NCBI GenBank assembly: GCA_965220965.1
Contig: OZ244852.1
Coordinates: 1,760,001-1,824,000, forward strand
DNA from: Candidatus Marinacidobacterium sp.
GTDB lineage: Bacteria > Acidobacteriota > Vicinamibacteria > Marinacidobacterales > Marinacidobacteraceae
Length of the DNA: 64,000 bases
Reading direction: 5' to 3'
A model generated the notes under the pieces. That model was not told the DNA's origin. It saw only the letters and a program-made list of their open reading frames with translations, and searched no databases. Positions 10,788-20,399 of this stretch are shown in pieces. The first letter of the stretch is position 1. The number at the start of each line of letters is the position of its first letter. The translations under genes and the position numbers were made by a program.

Positions 10788-12906
10788 GTACAACTGGCCA
10801 GCGGCTGCGGATCGCCGCCTCATCGGCTCCCGTCTGAGCCGGCTCGATGGCCCGGTCAAGGCGACCGGCCAGGCGAAGTACGCCTATGACAAGAACCGGC
10901 TGGGCATGCTGTGGGCCATCATGGTCCAGAGCCCGCACGCCCACGCCCGGATCACCGGGATCGACGTCTCGGCCGCCGAAGCGGTCCCGGGCGTCGTGAA
11001 GGTCCACATCATCCAGGACGTGGGAACCGAGATCCAGTGGGCGCACGACGAGATCGTGGCGGTCGCGGCGACCTCGGAAGAGGCGGCCCGCGACGGCGCC
11101 GCCGCGGTGAGAGTCGACTACGAGGTGCTGCCGCACTTCGTGAACGAACGCATGGTGGATGAGGCTCCGGACGCGCAGGAAGCGCAGGCGGAGACCACCG
11201 GCGATCCGGACGTGGCGCTCGCCTCGTCCGCCCACCAGTCGAACGACTCGTATCACGCCGCCCAGATCGCGCACTGCTCGCTGGAGTCCCACGGGCAGGT
11301 CGCCGAGTGGGAGGACGCCGAGAACGTGACCGTCTGGGCCTCGACCCAGGCGATCTCGGGCGTGGCCTCGCAGCTCGGGGAAGCCATTGGCATCCCGGCC
11401 TCGAACGTCCACGTCGAGACCCAGTACATGGGCGGCGGCTTCGGCAGCAAGTTCAGCGCGGACCGCTGGGGAGTCGTCGGCGTCGAGCTGTCGCGGATGA
11501 CCGGCCGGCCGGTCAAGCTGATGCTGGACCGCGACCAGGAGGTCAGCGTGGCGGGGGCCCGACCCTCGACCCACGCCGAGGTCACCGCCGGCGCCGACGC
11601 CGACGGCAATGTGGTCGCGTGGAAGTCGCGGAGCTGGGGTTCCGGCGGTCCGGCCGGCGCCGGCTCGCCTCCGATCCCCTACGTCTTCGAGTTCGCGAAC
11701 CAGACGCACGCCCACACCTCGGTGCCCACGAACACCGGGCCGGCGCGCGCCTGGCGGGCGCCGAACCACCCGCAGGCGTGCTTCGTGACGATGCGCGCGA
11801 TGGAGGATCTGGCGCACGCCGCCGGCATGGACCCGCTCGACTTCTTCCTGAAGAACATCGGGATGACGGGCGACCGGGCCGGCACCTACACCGAGGAGCT
11901 CGAGAAGGGCGCCGAGCTCATGGGCTGGCGCGACCGCTGGCGTCCCCGGGGCTCCGCGACCGGCACGGTGCGGAACGGCCTCGGCCTCGCGATCCACACC
12001 TGGGGCGGACGCGGACACCGGAGCAACTGCGAGGTCATCGCCTACCGCGACGGCCTGGTGGAGGCCCGGATCGGGAGCCAGGACCTCGGCACCGGGACCC
12101 GCACGGTCATCGGGATGGTGCTCGCCGAGACCTTCGGCCTCGGCATCGACGACGTGAAGGTCACGATGGGGCGCAGCGTCCTGCCGACCTCGGGCGCGTC
12201 GGGGGGCAGCACGACCGTGGGAGGCGTCAGCGGAGCGACAAGGCGGGCGGCGCTGAACGCAGCCGAGGCGGTGTTCGAGCGGATCGGCCCCCGACTGGGG
12301 ACCGACCCGATGAACCTGCGTCTCCGGGACGGGATGCTCCACTTCCAGGACGGATCGCAGTCCGCGATCCCGTGGAAGCAGGCGGCCGCGCTCATCGGAG
12401 TGAATCCGGTGACCGCCGCCGGAGCGAACCCCGGGCCGGGACAGCTCACCGACAGCGGCGTCGGCGGGATCCAGATGGCCGATGTCAGCGTCGACATGGA
12501 GACCGGCGTCGTCGGGATCAACCGGCTGGTCGCGGTCCAGGACTGCGGCCTGATCATCGACATGAAGACCGCCGAGAGCCAGGTCTACGGCGCGCTCATC
12601 ATGGGCGTGACCTACGCGCTGACCGAGGAGCGGGTCTTCGACCCGGTCACCGGCCGGATGCTGAACGCCGAGATGGAGTTCTACAAGCTGGCCGGGATCG
12701 CGGATGTGGGCGAGATGATCGTCCACATGATGACCGGCCCCGGATATGACGAACGCGGCGTGATCGGCCTGGGCGAACCGCCGGTCATCGCGCCGGGCGC
12801 GGCGATCGCGAACGCCGCCACGAACGCCGCCGGCGTCCCGATCAACGAGATGCCGATGACCCCCGAGCGGGTGCTCGCCGCGATCGGAGCGGGAGGGATG
12901 GCCTGA
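10780..12906 (+). CDS. Molybdopterin-binding large subunit, xanthine dehydrogenase family
   Basis: [49 protein letters not shown] (catalytic Glu), PMTPERV. Confidence 0.93.
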   Translation: MPEYNWPAAADRRLIGSRLSRLDGPVKATGQAKYAYDKNRLGMLWAIMVQSPHAHARITGIDVSAAEAVPGVVKVHIIQDVGTEIQWAHDEIVAVAATSEEAARDGAAAVRVDYEVLPHFVNERMVDEAPDAQEAQAETTGDPDVALASSAHQSNDSYHAAQIAHCSLESHGQVAEWEDAENVTVWASTQAISGVASQLGEAIGIPASNVHVETQYMGGGFGSKFSADRWGVVGVELSRMTGRPVKLMLDRDQEVSVAGARPSTHAEVTAGADADGNVVAWKSRSWGSGGPAGAGSPPIPYVFEFANQTHAHTSVPTNTGPARAWRAPNHPQACFVTMRAMEDLAHAAGMDPLDFFLKNIGMTGDRAGTYTEELEKGAELMGWRDRWRPRGSATGTVRNGLGLAIHTWGGRGHRSNCEVIAYRDGLVEARIGSQDLGTGTRTVIGMVLAETFGLGIDDVKVTMGRSVLPTSGASGGSTTVGGVSGATRRAALNAAEAVFERIGPRLGTDPMNLRLRDGMLHFQDGSQSAIPWKQAAALIGVNPVTAAGANPGPGQLTDSGVGGIQMADVSVDMETGVVGINRLVAVQDCGLIIDMKTAESQVYGALIMGVTYALTEERVFDPVTGRMLNAEMEFYKLAGIADVGEMIVHMMTGPGYDERGVIGLGEPPVIAPGAAIANAATNAAGVPINEMPMTPERVLAAIGAGGMA

Positions 12907-13862
12907 TGCGCGCCTTCGAGTACACGAGTCCGAAGACCGTCGCCGACGCGGTGGCGATGCTCGCCTCGGAGGGCGCGGTCGCGCTCGCCGGCGGGACGGA
13001 CCTCCTGAGCCTCATGAAAGACGGCGCCGCGGCGCCCTCGCGGCTGGTGAACCTGAAAGGGATCGGAGACCTCGAGGGGGCGCACCAGACCTCGGACGGG
13101 TTCCGGATCGGGGCCACCACCCGGCTGGCATCGCTCGAACAGAACCCGACGATCCGCGATTCGTTCCCGGCGGTCGCCCAGGCGATCGGAGGCGTCGGCA
13201 GCCGCCAGGTGGTCAACCTGCGCACGGTGGGCGGCGACCTCTGCCAGCGGCCCCGCTGCTGGTACTTCCGGGCCGGGTTCGGTTTGGTCCCGATGCACGA
13301 GGGCCAGTCCATGCCGAAGATCGGGGACAACCGGTACCACGCGATCTTCGGGAACTCGGGGAACGCCGCGTTCGTGAACACCTCGAGCCTCGCTCCGGCG
13401 CTCATCGCGCTTGGCGCGACGGTCACCGTCGCCGGACCAGGCGGCGAGCGCTCCATGGCGCTCTCCGAGCTCTACCGGACGCCGATGTCGTCGGACGAGA
13501 GCGAGTTCACGCTGGGGCCCGGCGAGATCGTCACCGCGGTGACGCTTCCCGATGACGGGATGGCGAGCGCCACCTACGGCGTCAAGAACCGCAAGGGGTT
13601 CGACTGGCCGCTGGTGAGCGCCTCGGTGGCGGTCGGGGGCGGATCGGCCCGCGTCGTCGTCGGGCATGTGGCGCCGACGCCGTGGACGAGTTCCGCGGCG
13701 GGGGCGGCCCTCGCCGGCGGGATTTCGGAGGCGAGCGCCGAGGCCGCGGGGAACGCGGCGGCGGAAGGGGCCACGCCCCTTTCCGGGAACGCCTACAAGG
13801 TGCAACTGACGCGGGTCGCGGTGAAGCGGGCCGCCATGGCCGCGATGGAGGGCCAGGGATGA
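12906..13862 (+). CDS. FAD-binding subunit, xanthine dehydrogenase family
   Basis: LAGGTDLL, RIGATT, TVGGDLCQRPRCWYFR, VAPTPW, PLSGNAYKV. Confidence 0.92.
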   Translation: MRAFEYTSPKTVADAVAMLASEGAVALAGGTDLLSLMKDGAAAPSRLVNLKGIGDLEGAHQTSDGFRIGATTRLASLEQNPTIRDSFPAVAQAIGGVGSRQVVNLRTVGGDLCQRPRCWYFRAGFGLVPMHEGQSMPKIGDNRYHAIFGNSGNAAFVNTSSLAPALIALGATVTVAGPGGERSMALSELYRTPMSSDESEFTLGPGEIVTAVTLPDDGMASATYGVKNRKGFDWPLVSASVAVGGGSARVVVGHVAPTPWTSSAAGAALAGGISEASAEAAGNAAAEGATPLSGNAYKVQLTRVAVKRAAMAAMEGQG

Positions 13863-14137
13863 TGGCCACGAAACCAGCCACAACCACGACCGCCGCGCCG
13901 GGCAGCGGAATGCCCGGGGCCGCCGGCCGCGCCGCGCTGTCGCTCTGCCACCGGCTCCGCTCCAAGGCCATGTACATGGACGTGGAGTACGACCCGACCA
14001 TCCCGGGCGGGGTTCCGGGAGACGGCTACTTCTGGTGCACGCACACGCAGAACTGCCTGGGTCCGGACGGCCGGGTGGCGACGAAGGACACCTGCAGCGA
14101 GGGCGCCGGGCGGTCCTGCTTCGAGCGGGCCTGGTAG
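13859..14137 (+). CDS. Small Cys-rich hypothetical protein (92 aa)
   Basis: ATGA-coupled to FAD subunit; C.RLRSK..FWC..TQNCLGPD..C..RSC; typical codon usage. Confidence 0.75.
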   Translation: MMATKPATTTTAAPGSGMPGAAGRAALSLCHRLRSKAMYMDVEYDPTIPGGVPGDGYFWCTHTQNCLGPDGRVATKDTCSEGAGRSCFERAW

Positions 14138-14251
14138 ACCCGCCGGCGCATCGCCGCCCCGGCGTCAGCGGGGCGGCTTCCTGTTAGACTGCGCTTTCTG
14201 GACGGCCCCGTTCGGTGGGCGAACGGATGGCCGCGCCGGTGGAGGTTCGCC

Positions 14252-14926
14252 ATGAAGTTCTCGCGCATCCTGACCGTCGCCCTGTTGGCGCTGCTCGTTT
14301 CGGCTGGCGGATTCGCCAGCGAGGCCGACACCTCGCTGTCGGGCCTGTATCTGGAGGCGAGGACCGCCGACGTGTACGCGGGGCACTGCTTCGCGAACAG
14401 CGAGGTGGGCCTGACCGGAAGCGAGGCCGTCCTCGCCTGGAACGTCTCCGAGGGGACCTACGAGGGCGTGGAGCTCGACGGCCTGTCGGTGGTGGCGGTC
14501 GTGAAGGCGCAGGCGACGCTGGGCGACCCCCATGCGGACCCCTATCCCGCCGACTCGGTCCTCATCGTTGACGACGCCGCGAACGCCGACCAGCGCGCCG
14601 CGCTCGTTTCGCTCGCCCGGGACATGGGCGGCGACCTGCTCGCGAACGTCCTCAATATCCAGGACGCGCCGGTGGCGGCGGACTTCGAGGGGCAGCCCGG
14701 CTTCGCGTCGCTGACCGCGGGTGAACTGGTCGAGGTGAAGACCCGCGCGATCACCCACAAGGACCACCTCTGCGGCAGCGAGTTCGTCTACTACCCGCCG
14801 CTGACGGAGGTCGCCGAGGCGATGCCCGCCTACACCGAAGCGCACGCGTTCCGGGGCGACGACTTCAACACGACGTGGAGCTGCCCGCTGAAGCGGAGCG
14901 CGTTCGTCGGCAGCTTCGTCCGCTGA
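14252..14926 (+). CDS. Secreted DUF1326-like protein
   Basis: GGAGG SD, signal peptide; G.YLEART.DVY.G.CFANSE, W.V.EG.Y.GV.LDGL.V, IVD..A...QR.AL. Confidence 0.7.
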   Translation: MKFSRILTVALLALLVSAGGFASEADTSLSGLYLEARTADVYAGHCFANSEVGLTGSEAVLAWNVSEGTYEGVELDGLSVVAVVKAQATLGDPHADPYPADSVLIVDDAANADQRAALVSLARDMGGDLLANVLNIQDAPVAADFEGQPGFASLTAGELVEVKTRAITHKDHLCGSEFVYYPPLTEVAEAMPAYTEAHAFRGDDFNTTWSCPLKRSAFVGSFVR

Positions 14927-14960
14927 GCGGTCGGAGCCCGGCCCGAAGGAGAGCCTGTCC

Positions 14961-15623
14961 GTGCGGATGACGTGCGTACGCGCGGCCGGCCTTTCGGCCA
15001 CGCTTTCGGTTGGCCTTTCGGTCGCGAGCCTCGCCCTCGCCGCCGACCAGCCCACCTTCGGTCCCGGGACATCGCCCCCGCCTGACGACCTGTCGGAGGA
15101 GATCCGCAGCGTCCTGAACCCCGAGGGTCTCGTCGTCACGCTGGCGTCGGGAACCACGATGGAGTTCTGGTTCCTCGCGGAGACGCCCGCGGGCGACTCC
15201 ACCCGACCCGGGGGCACGTTCCCGGAGCTCGGCGTCGGGACGCTCGTGGGGGCGGTCCGGACCGGCGGCTCCTGGACCGACTACAAGGGCAACCCCATCG
15301 AGCCCGGCGTCTTCACGCTCCGCTACGGCATGCGCCCGGAGGACGGGAACCACATGGGGGTCTCGATCCACCTCGACTTCGTGCTGCTCGTCCCGGCGGT
15401 CGAGGACCCGGCGGTCGAGGTCGGATGGGGCCAGGATGACCTGAACATCATGAGCTTCGCCGCCACCGGCATCGGCCACCCCGGCGTCATGAGCCTCGCG
15501 CCGAACTGGGAAGGGGTCAGCGAACCGACCATCTTCCAGGACGACGCCGAAGGCTGGGCGATCGCCTACGTCTGGGACGGGCTGACCCTCGGCTTCGTCG
15601 TGGAGGGCGAGGGCGAGCACTGA
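14961..15623 (+). CDS. Secreted conserved hypothetical protein
   Basis: AAGGAG SD, Ala-rich signal peptide; DYKG.PI.PGV.TLRYG..P.DGNHMGVS..DF motif. Confidence 0.75.
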   Translation: MRMTCVRAAGLSATLSVGLSVASLALAADQPTFGPGTSPPPDDLSEEIRSVLNPEGLVVTLASGTTMEFWFLAETPAGDSTRPGGTFPELGVGTLVGAVRTGGSWTDYKGNPIEPGVFTLRYGMRPEDGNHMGVSIHLDFVLLVPAVEDPAVEVGWGQDDLNIMSFAATGIGHPGVMSLAPNWEGVSEPTIFQDDAEGWAIAYVWDGLTLGFVVEGEGEH

Positions 15624-16324
15624 TCCCCGCCCCGGCTGGCGCGGCGGAACGGGAGACCTCGCCGGAGACCGACCGGGTCAAGGCTGCCGGTGTTCTGCTG
15701 AGCGCCGGCGCCTCCCGGCGGATGGGCCGGGTCAAGGCGCTCCTCCCGCACCCTGACGGATCGGGGCGCACGCTGATCCGCGCCGCCGCCGGGACGCTCC
15801 TCACGGCGGGTCTTCGGCCGCTCTTCGTCGTGCTCGGACACGCCCGCCGCGAGATCGCCCCGGAACTGCGCGGCCTGTCCGGGGTCGAGGTCGTCTCCAA
15901 CCCGGCGTGGGCCAGCGGCATGCTCTCGTCGGTCCGGGCCGGCGTGCGCGCGGCGAGCCGGGAGCGGGCCGGGTGGGCGCTCGTCGCGCCGGTGGACCAG
16001 CCCTTCGTTTCCGTCGGGCTGATCCACCGCCTGCTGGCGCGGGCCGCCGGAGAACCGACTCCGGTCGCGGTGGTCCCGGCGACCGAACGGCTCGAGCGCG
16101 CCGGGCGGTGGGGTCTCCCGGCGCTGCTCGGGGAGAGGCTCTTCCCTGAAGTGCTCGAAGCCCGAGGCGCCCCTCCCGACCCGGAGACCGGCCCCGACCC
16201 GGGGGCGCGCCGCCTCCTCGCGCGCCACCGGCGCGAGCTCGCGGTGATCCGGGCGGAGGCTTCCGAGCTGCTCGACCTGGACACGCCCCGGGACGCCGCG
16301 GCGGCCGCGGCGGCGGCCTCATGA
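15620..16324 (+). CDS. MocA/MobA-like NTP transferase (probable molybdenum cofactor cytidylyltransferase); probable CTG start
   Basis: GVLLSAGASRRMG..KALL lies upstream of the first ATG; NP.W..GMLSSV, VDQP, G.PAL, DLDTP.D. Confidence 0.82.
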   Translation: MIPAPAGAAERETSPETDRVKAAGVLLSAGASRRMGRVKALLPHPDGSGRTLIRAAAGTLLTAGLRPLFVVLGHARREIAPELRGLSGVEVVSNPAWASGMLSSVRAGVRAASRERAGWALVAPVDQPFVSVGLIHRLLARAAGEPTPVAVVPATERLERAGRWGLPALLGERLFPEVLEARGAPPDPETGPDPGARRLLARHRRELAVIRAEASELLDLDTPRDAAAAAAAAS

Positions 16325-17031
16325 CGCTACCCCTCGAGCCCTGGGTGGCGCTCGGGGCGAGCTACGCCTGGGTGACTCTGGTGGCGGTTCTGGCGGAGGC
16401 GCTCGGCCGCGCGGGCGCCCTCTCCCGGGAGGCCGCCCGCAAGGCGATCCACGTGGCGGTCGGGCTCTGGATCCTTCCGACGGTGTTCGTGTTCGCGGAC
16501 TGGCGGATCGCGATCCTGCCCCCGCTGACGTTCGTCGTCGTGAACTACCTGATCCACCGGTTCCGGCTCCTGCCGGCGATGGGGGACGACCCGGCGAACC
16601 TGGGAACGGTGTTCTTCCCGATGTCCTTCGCGGCGCTGCTGGCGCTGTTCTTCCGGCCGGGGACGCCGGGCGACCTGGCCTTCGTCGCGGTCGCCGGGGT
16701 CCTCGCGATGGCGCTCGGCGACGCCGCGGCGGCGGAGTTCGGCAAGCGCTACGGGACCCGCCGCTACACGATCCTCGGGCACTCCCGGACGATGGAAGGG
16801 AGCCTCGCGATGTGCCTGGTCACGGCCGCATCCGTCGCCCTCGTCCTGAACGCGATGGCGGGATTCGGCTGGCACCCGGCGGTGGCGTTCGGCCTCGTCA
16901 CCGGAACCGCCGCCGCCGGGATCGAGGCGGTCTGCCCGTTCGGCAGCGACAACCTCTTCGTCCCGCTCGGAACCGCCGGGCTGCTGTGGGCGCTGGTCGA
17001 GCTCAGCGGCGCGGCGCTCGGGGTGCGCTGA
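16321..17031 (+). CDS. Polyprenol kinase-like membrane protein (VTE5/SEC59, CTP-dependent)
   Basis: RK.IH...G, GD..AA..G...G, RT.EGS, IEA..P.GSDNL.VP; multiple TM segments. Confidence 0.85.
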   Translation: MTLPLEPWVALGASYAWVTLVAVLAEALGRAGALSREAARKAIHVAVGLWILPTVFVFADWRIAILPPLTFVVVNYLIHRFRLLPAMGDDPANLGTVFFPMSFAALLALFFRPGTPGDLAFVAVAGVLAMALGDAAAAEFGKRYGTRRYTILGHSRTMEGSLAMCLVTAASVALVLNAMAGFGWHPAVAFGLVTGTAAAGIEAVCPFGSDNLFVPLGTAGLLWALVELSGAALGVR

Positions 17032-17103
17032 GCGTCCCGGATGCCGCTTCTGACACCATAGCCGCCCGTTTCCCGCAGCGGGATCCGGAAGCAGGAGGCC
17101 CCC

Positions 17104-17967
17104 ATGAAACACCTCGCAGCGGTGTTCGCGCTGCTCTTCGCGGCGCCGCTCCCGGCGTTCGCCACCTGGTCGGTCATCGCGGTGGACCGCAACTCCGGGC
17201 AGGTCATCATCGCCTCTGCGACCTGCGTCCGTCAGTCGCGGTTTCCGCCCCGGCCGGCGCGCGACCTGATGGACATCCAGGCGGTCCTGGTCCCGGGCGT
17301 GGGCGTCGCCGCCTGCCAGGCGGGGGTGGACAACACCCGGGCGAACCAGATGCTGGTCTACCAGGAGATCTCGAAGGGAACGGACCCCGAGCGGATCATC
17401 GAGCTCCTGCGCGAACACGAGGACGCGAAGGACGAGCCGGCCATGGAGCGGCGCCAGTTCGGCATCGTGGACCTCCAGGGACGGAGCGCCGGCTTCAGCG
17501 GGTCCCGCAACGGCTCGGCCTCGCTCCACGTCGCCGGTCAGGTCGGCGACGACATCTTCTTCCAGGTGCAGGGCAACATCCTGTTCAGCGACCGGGTGGC
17601 CGAAGACGCCGCCCTCGCCTTCACCCGGGCGACCGGCACGCTCGCCGACCGGGTCATGGCCGCCATGGAGGGGGCCGACGCGGCCGGAGGCGACCGGCGC
17701 TGCACCTGCGAGGAGGAGCCGAAGCCCGCCGCCCCGTGCAGCGCCAAGACCTCGCACGTGGCCTACATCGCGATCGCCAACCGGGACGATGCGCCCGGGG
17801 TCTCGCACAACGACGGCGACTACTACGCCTACCTCGGGGCGACCGACGAGGACATCCAGCCGCACGAGGACGCCAACCCGGTCGTGACGCTGCGGATGCG
17901 CTACGACGCCTGGAAGAACGCCGGCAGCAAGCGGACGGGCATGCCCCCGTCGCTCTACCCCGAATGA
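17104..17967 (+). CDS. Secreted DUF1028-like Ntn-hydrolase-fold protein
   Basis: Signal AFA|TWSVIAVD..SG, PGVG..A.QA, RQFGIVD, QGNIL, LADRVMAAME...GGDRR. Confidence 0.82.
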   Translation: MKHLAAVFALLFAAPLPAFATWSVIAVDRNSGQVIIASATCVRQSRFPPRPARDLMDIQAVLVPGVGVAACQAGVDNTRANQMLVYQEISKGTDPERIIELLREHEDAKDEPAMERRQFGIVDLQGRSAGFSGSRNGSASLHVAGQVGDDIFFQVQGNILFSDRVAEDAALAFTRATGTLADRVMAAMEGADAAGGDRRCTCEEEPKPAAPCSAKTSHVAYIAIANRDDAPGVSHNDGDYYAYLGATDEDIQPHEDANPVVTLRMRYDAWKNAGSKRTGMPPSLYPE

Positions 17968-19400
17968 GGCGCTTCGGCCCGGCGCTGCTCGCGCTCCTCC
18001 TGGCCGCGCTCCCGCTGACGCACGCCGGCGCGCAGGGCGCTGACGACGGCCCCCACTGGCCGCGTTTCCGCGGCCCCGCGTCCAACCCGGTGGGCGCCCA
18101 TCCCGACCTGCCGATGAGCTGGTCCACCTCCGAGAACATCGAGTGGGCCGCCGAGATCCCCGGGGTCGGGTGGTCCTCCCCGGTCGTCTGGGGGAACCGG
18201 GTGTTCCTGACGACGGCGACGAGCCCCCAGGAGATGAAGGGGCCGTCGCTCGGGACCGATTTCTCGAACGACTACATCGCCGAGCTCCAGGCCGAAGGCC
18301 TTCCCCCGGAGGAGGTCAACCGGCGGCTCTACGCCCGCGACCGCGAGATGCCCGACGAGGTGGAGATCGCGCTCCGTCTGCTGTGCCTCGATCTCGAGAC
18401 CGGCGCCATCGTCTGGGACCGGACGGTCTACGAGGGCCGGCCGCTGGGAGGCCGGCACCGGAAGAACAGCTACGCGTCGGAGACGCCGGTCACCGACGGC
18501 GAGGTCGTGGTGGCCTACTTCACCCACCACGGGCTGTTCGCCTTCGACCTCGAGGGCGGCCCGCTCTGGGAGCGCCCGCTGGACGCCCGGCCGACGGTGC
18601 GCGACTTCGGGACCGGGGCGTCGCCGACGCTCCACGGAGACCGGATCTATCTCCTGAACGACAACGAGGAAGCGAGTTTCCTCGCCGCGTTCGACAAGCG
18701 GACCGGGGAGCCGGTGTGGAGCACCGACCGCGAGATCGAGATGCGGCGCAAGACCGGGTGGTCCACCCCGTTCGTGTGGGAGAACGGCCTGCGCAGCGAG
18801 ATCGTGACGAGCGGCCCGGGCGTGGTGACCAGCTACGACCTGTCCGGCGACGTGCTCTGGCGCCTCCACCGCAGCGGCGGCACGCCGATCCAGAGCCCCT
18901 TCGCCTGGGGCGGCTGGCTCTTTGTGGCGGCCGGGGCCACCGGCGGCCAGTACCGGCCGCTGGTCGCGATCCGGCCGGGCGGCTCGGGAGACATCACCCC
19001 GCCGGAAGGGGCCTCGACCAGCGAGCACGTCGTCTGGTACGACCGGATCGCCGGCGGAACCTACCTGCCCACGCCGGTGATCTACGACGGGGCGCTCTAC
19101 GTGCTCTACTCGCGGGGGATCTTCGCCCGCCACGATGTGGAGACCGGCGCGCGGGTCTACCGGTCGCGCATCGCGCCGGGGGCGGCGGCGTTCACCGCCT
19201 CGCCGTGGGCCTACGGCGGGGTCGTCTTCGCGCTGGGCGAGGAAGGAGACACCTACGTCATCGAGGCGGGACGCGATTACCGCCTGCTGGGCGTCAACCG
19301 GCTCGAGGACTGGGCGCTCGCCACTCCGGCCATCGTCGGCGACCGGCTGCTCATCCGCACCCGCAGCCGCCTCTTCTCGATCCGCGACACGGGCGACTGA
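17964..19400 (+). CDS. PQQ-like beta-propeller protein (secreted)
   Basis: WPRFRGP, GWSSPVVWG, ASETPVTDG, GTGASP, AFDK.TG..W, WSTP, FTASP, ATPAI. Confidence 0.88.
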   Translation: MRRFGPALLALLLAALPLTHAGAQGADDGPHWPRFRGPASNPVGAHPDLPMSWSTSENIEWAAEIPGVGWSSPVVWGNRVFLTTATSPQEMKGPSLGTDFSNDYIAELQAEGLPPEEVNRRLYARDREMPDEVEIALRLLCLDLETGAIVWDRTVYEGRPLGGRHRKNSYASETPVTDGEVVVAYFTHHGLFAFDLEGGPLWERPLDARPTVRDFGTGASPTLHGDRIYLLNDNEEASFLAAFDKRTGEPVWSTDREIEMRRKTGWSTPFVWENGLRSEIVTSGPGVVTSYDLSGDVLWRLHRSGGTPIQSPFAWGGWLFVAAGATGGQYRPLVAIRPGGSGDITPPEGASTSEHVVWYDRIAGGTYLPTPVIYDGALYVLYSRGIFARHDVETGARVYRSRIAPGAAAFTASPWAYGGVVFALGEEGDTYVIEAGRDYRLLGVNRLEDWALATPAIVGDRLLIRTRSRLFSIRDTGD

Positions 19401-19422
19401 GGCCGCGCGCGGCCGCGCGCGC

Positions 19423-20382
19423 TCACTCGATCCGCGGTCCTCCGGGCCCGGTCGGGCGGCGCGGCCGGGTCGCCACCGAAAGCGCCAGCGTGGCCTCCCG
19501 GCCGGCCGCCTCCGGAAAGCGCCACTCGGAGGCCATGGCGAGGATGCGGGGCGAGACCTCGGGGAGCGTCGTGGAGGCGATCTCGATCATCGCGGGACGG
19601 CCGCGGTCGTCGAGGAGCAGGCGCAGCTCGACTTCGCCCGCCGCCTCCGGCGCGAGCGAACTCTCGAGCGCGAGCAGGCGGGGGTCCCGGGGCGCTTCGA
19701 CGCGCGCCGGGGGAGTCGGATCCCGGGGCTCCGCCGGCCGGCTGACCGCGAGCACGAGCCAGATGGAGTGGTCGCGGAGATCCTCGTAGAGGCGCTCCCG
19801 CGCCGGGAGATCGGCTGCGTCGCGGAACCAGCTCAGATAGCGGCTGCGGCTCACCTCGAAGTAGCGGCCGCTGACGACCACGGTGCCGCCCGGCGCGACG
19901 GTCTCCTCGGCGGCCGCCGCCCACACCGCATCGCCGTCGCGGAGCAGCTCCAGCTCGATGCGCGCAGTGGGCGCCGCCTCCCCGTCCCCGGCGATGTCCC
20001 GGACGCGGATGCGGATGTCGCGGCGCCCATGTTCATGAACCGCCTCCCAGACGGAGGCGTCCGTCCCCGGCGGCCGCGTCAGGCGAACCGACAGAAGCTG
20101 CGCCAGAAAGCCCTCCGGGACCTGGCGGGCGAGGGTCGCGAGCCACTGCGACGGCTGGATGCGGGTTCCGTCGTTCGCGAGGCGGAAGGAGAGGCCCTCC
20201 ATCGGTTCGAAGTCGGAATTCAGGCGACGGACCTCGAAGACCCGGACCTCGGGCGCCGCGGCCTGGGCGGAAGCGAACGCCGGCGCGAGGAGCCCGGCGA
20301 ACACCGTGACGGGCAGCGAGGCGAACAGCGCAACGGGCAGGCTGCGAAGGAGCACGAAGAAGAAGTGTATGGGGGTGTTCAC
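19423..20382 (-). CDS. Hypothetical exported protein with C-terminal TonB-like domain (start uncertain)
   Basis: Hydrophobic N-terminus; C-terminal GEVELRLLLD..GR....I...WRF resembles TonB_C. Confidence 0.5.
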   Translation of the reverse strand: MNTPIHFFFVLLRSLPVALFASLPVTVFAGLLAPAFASAQAAAPEVRVFEVRRLNSDFEPMEGLSFRLANDGTRIQPSQWLATLARQVPEGFLAQLLSVRLTRPPGTDASVWEAVHEHGRRDIRIRVRDIAGDGEAAPTARIELELLRDGDAVWAAAAEETVAPGGTVVVSGRYFEVSRSRYLSWFRDAADLPARERLYEDLRDHSIWLVLAVSRPAEPRDPTPPARVEAPRDPRLLALESSLAPEAAGEVELRLLLDDRGRPAMIEIASTTLPEVSPRILAMASEWRFPEAAGREATLALSVATRPRRPTGPGGPRIE

Positions 20383-20399
20383 TGGGTAGGATCCGCCGG

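Noticed and set aside
8466-10859. 797-aa thiolase 'fusion' and other long N-terminal extensions in the ORF track (recA, hbd, DAAO, amidohydrolases)
   Set aside because: Artefacts of first-start calling; real starts with SD or coupling lie downstream
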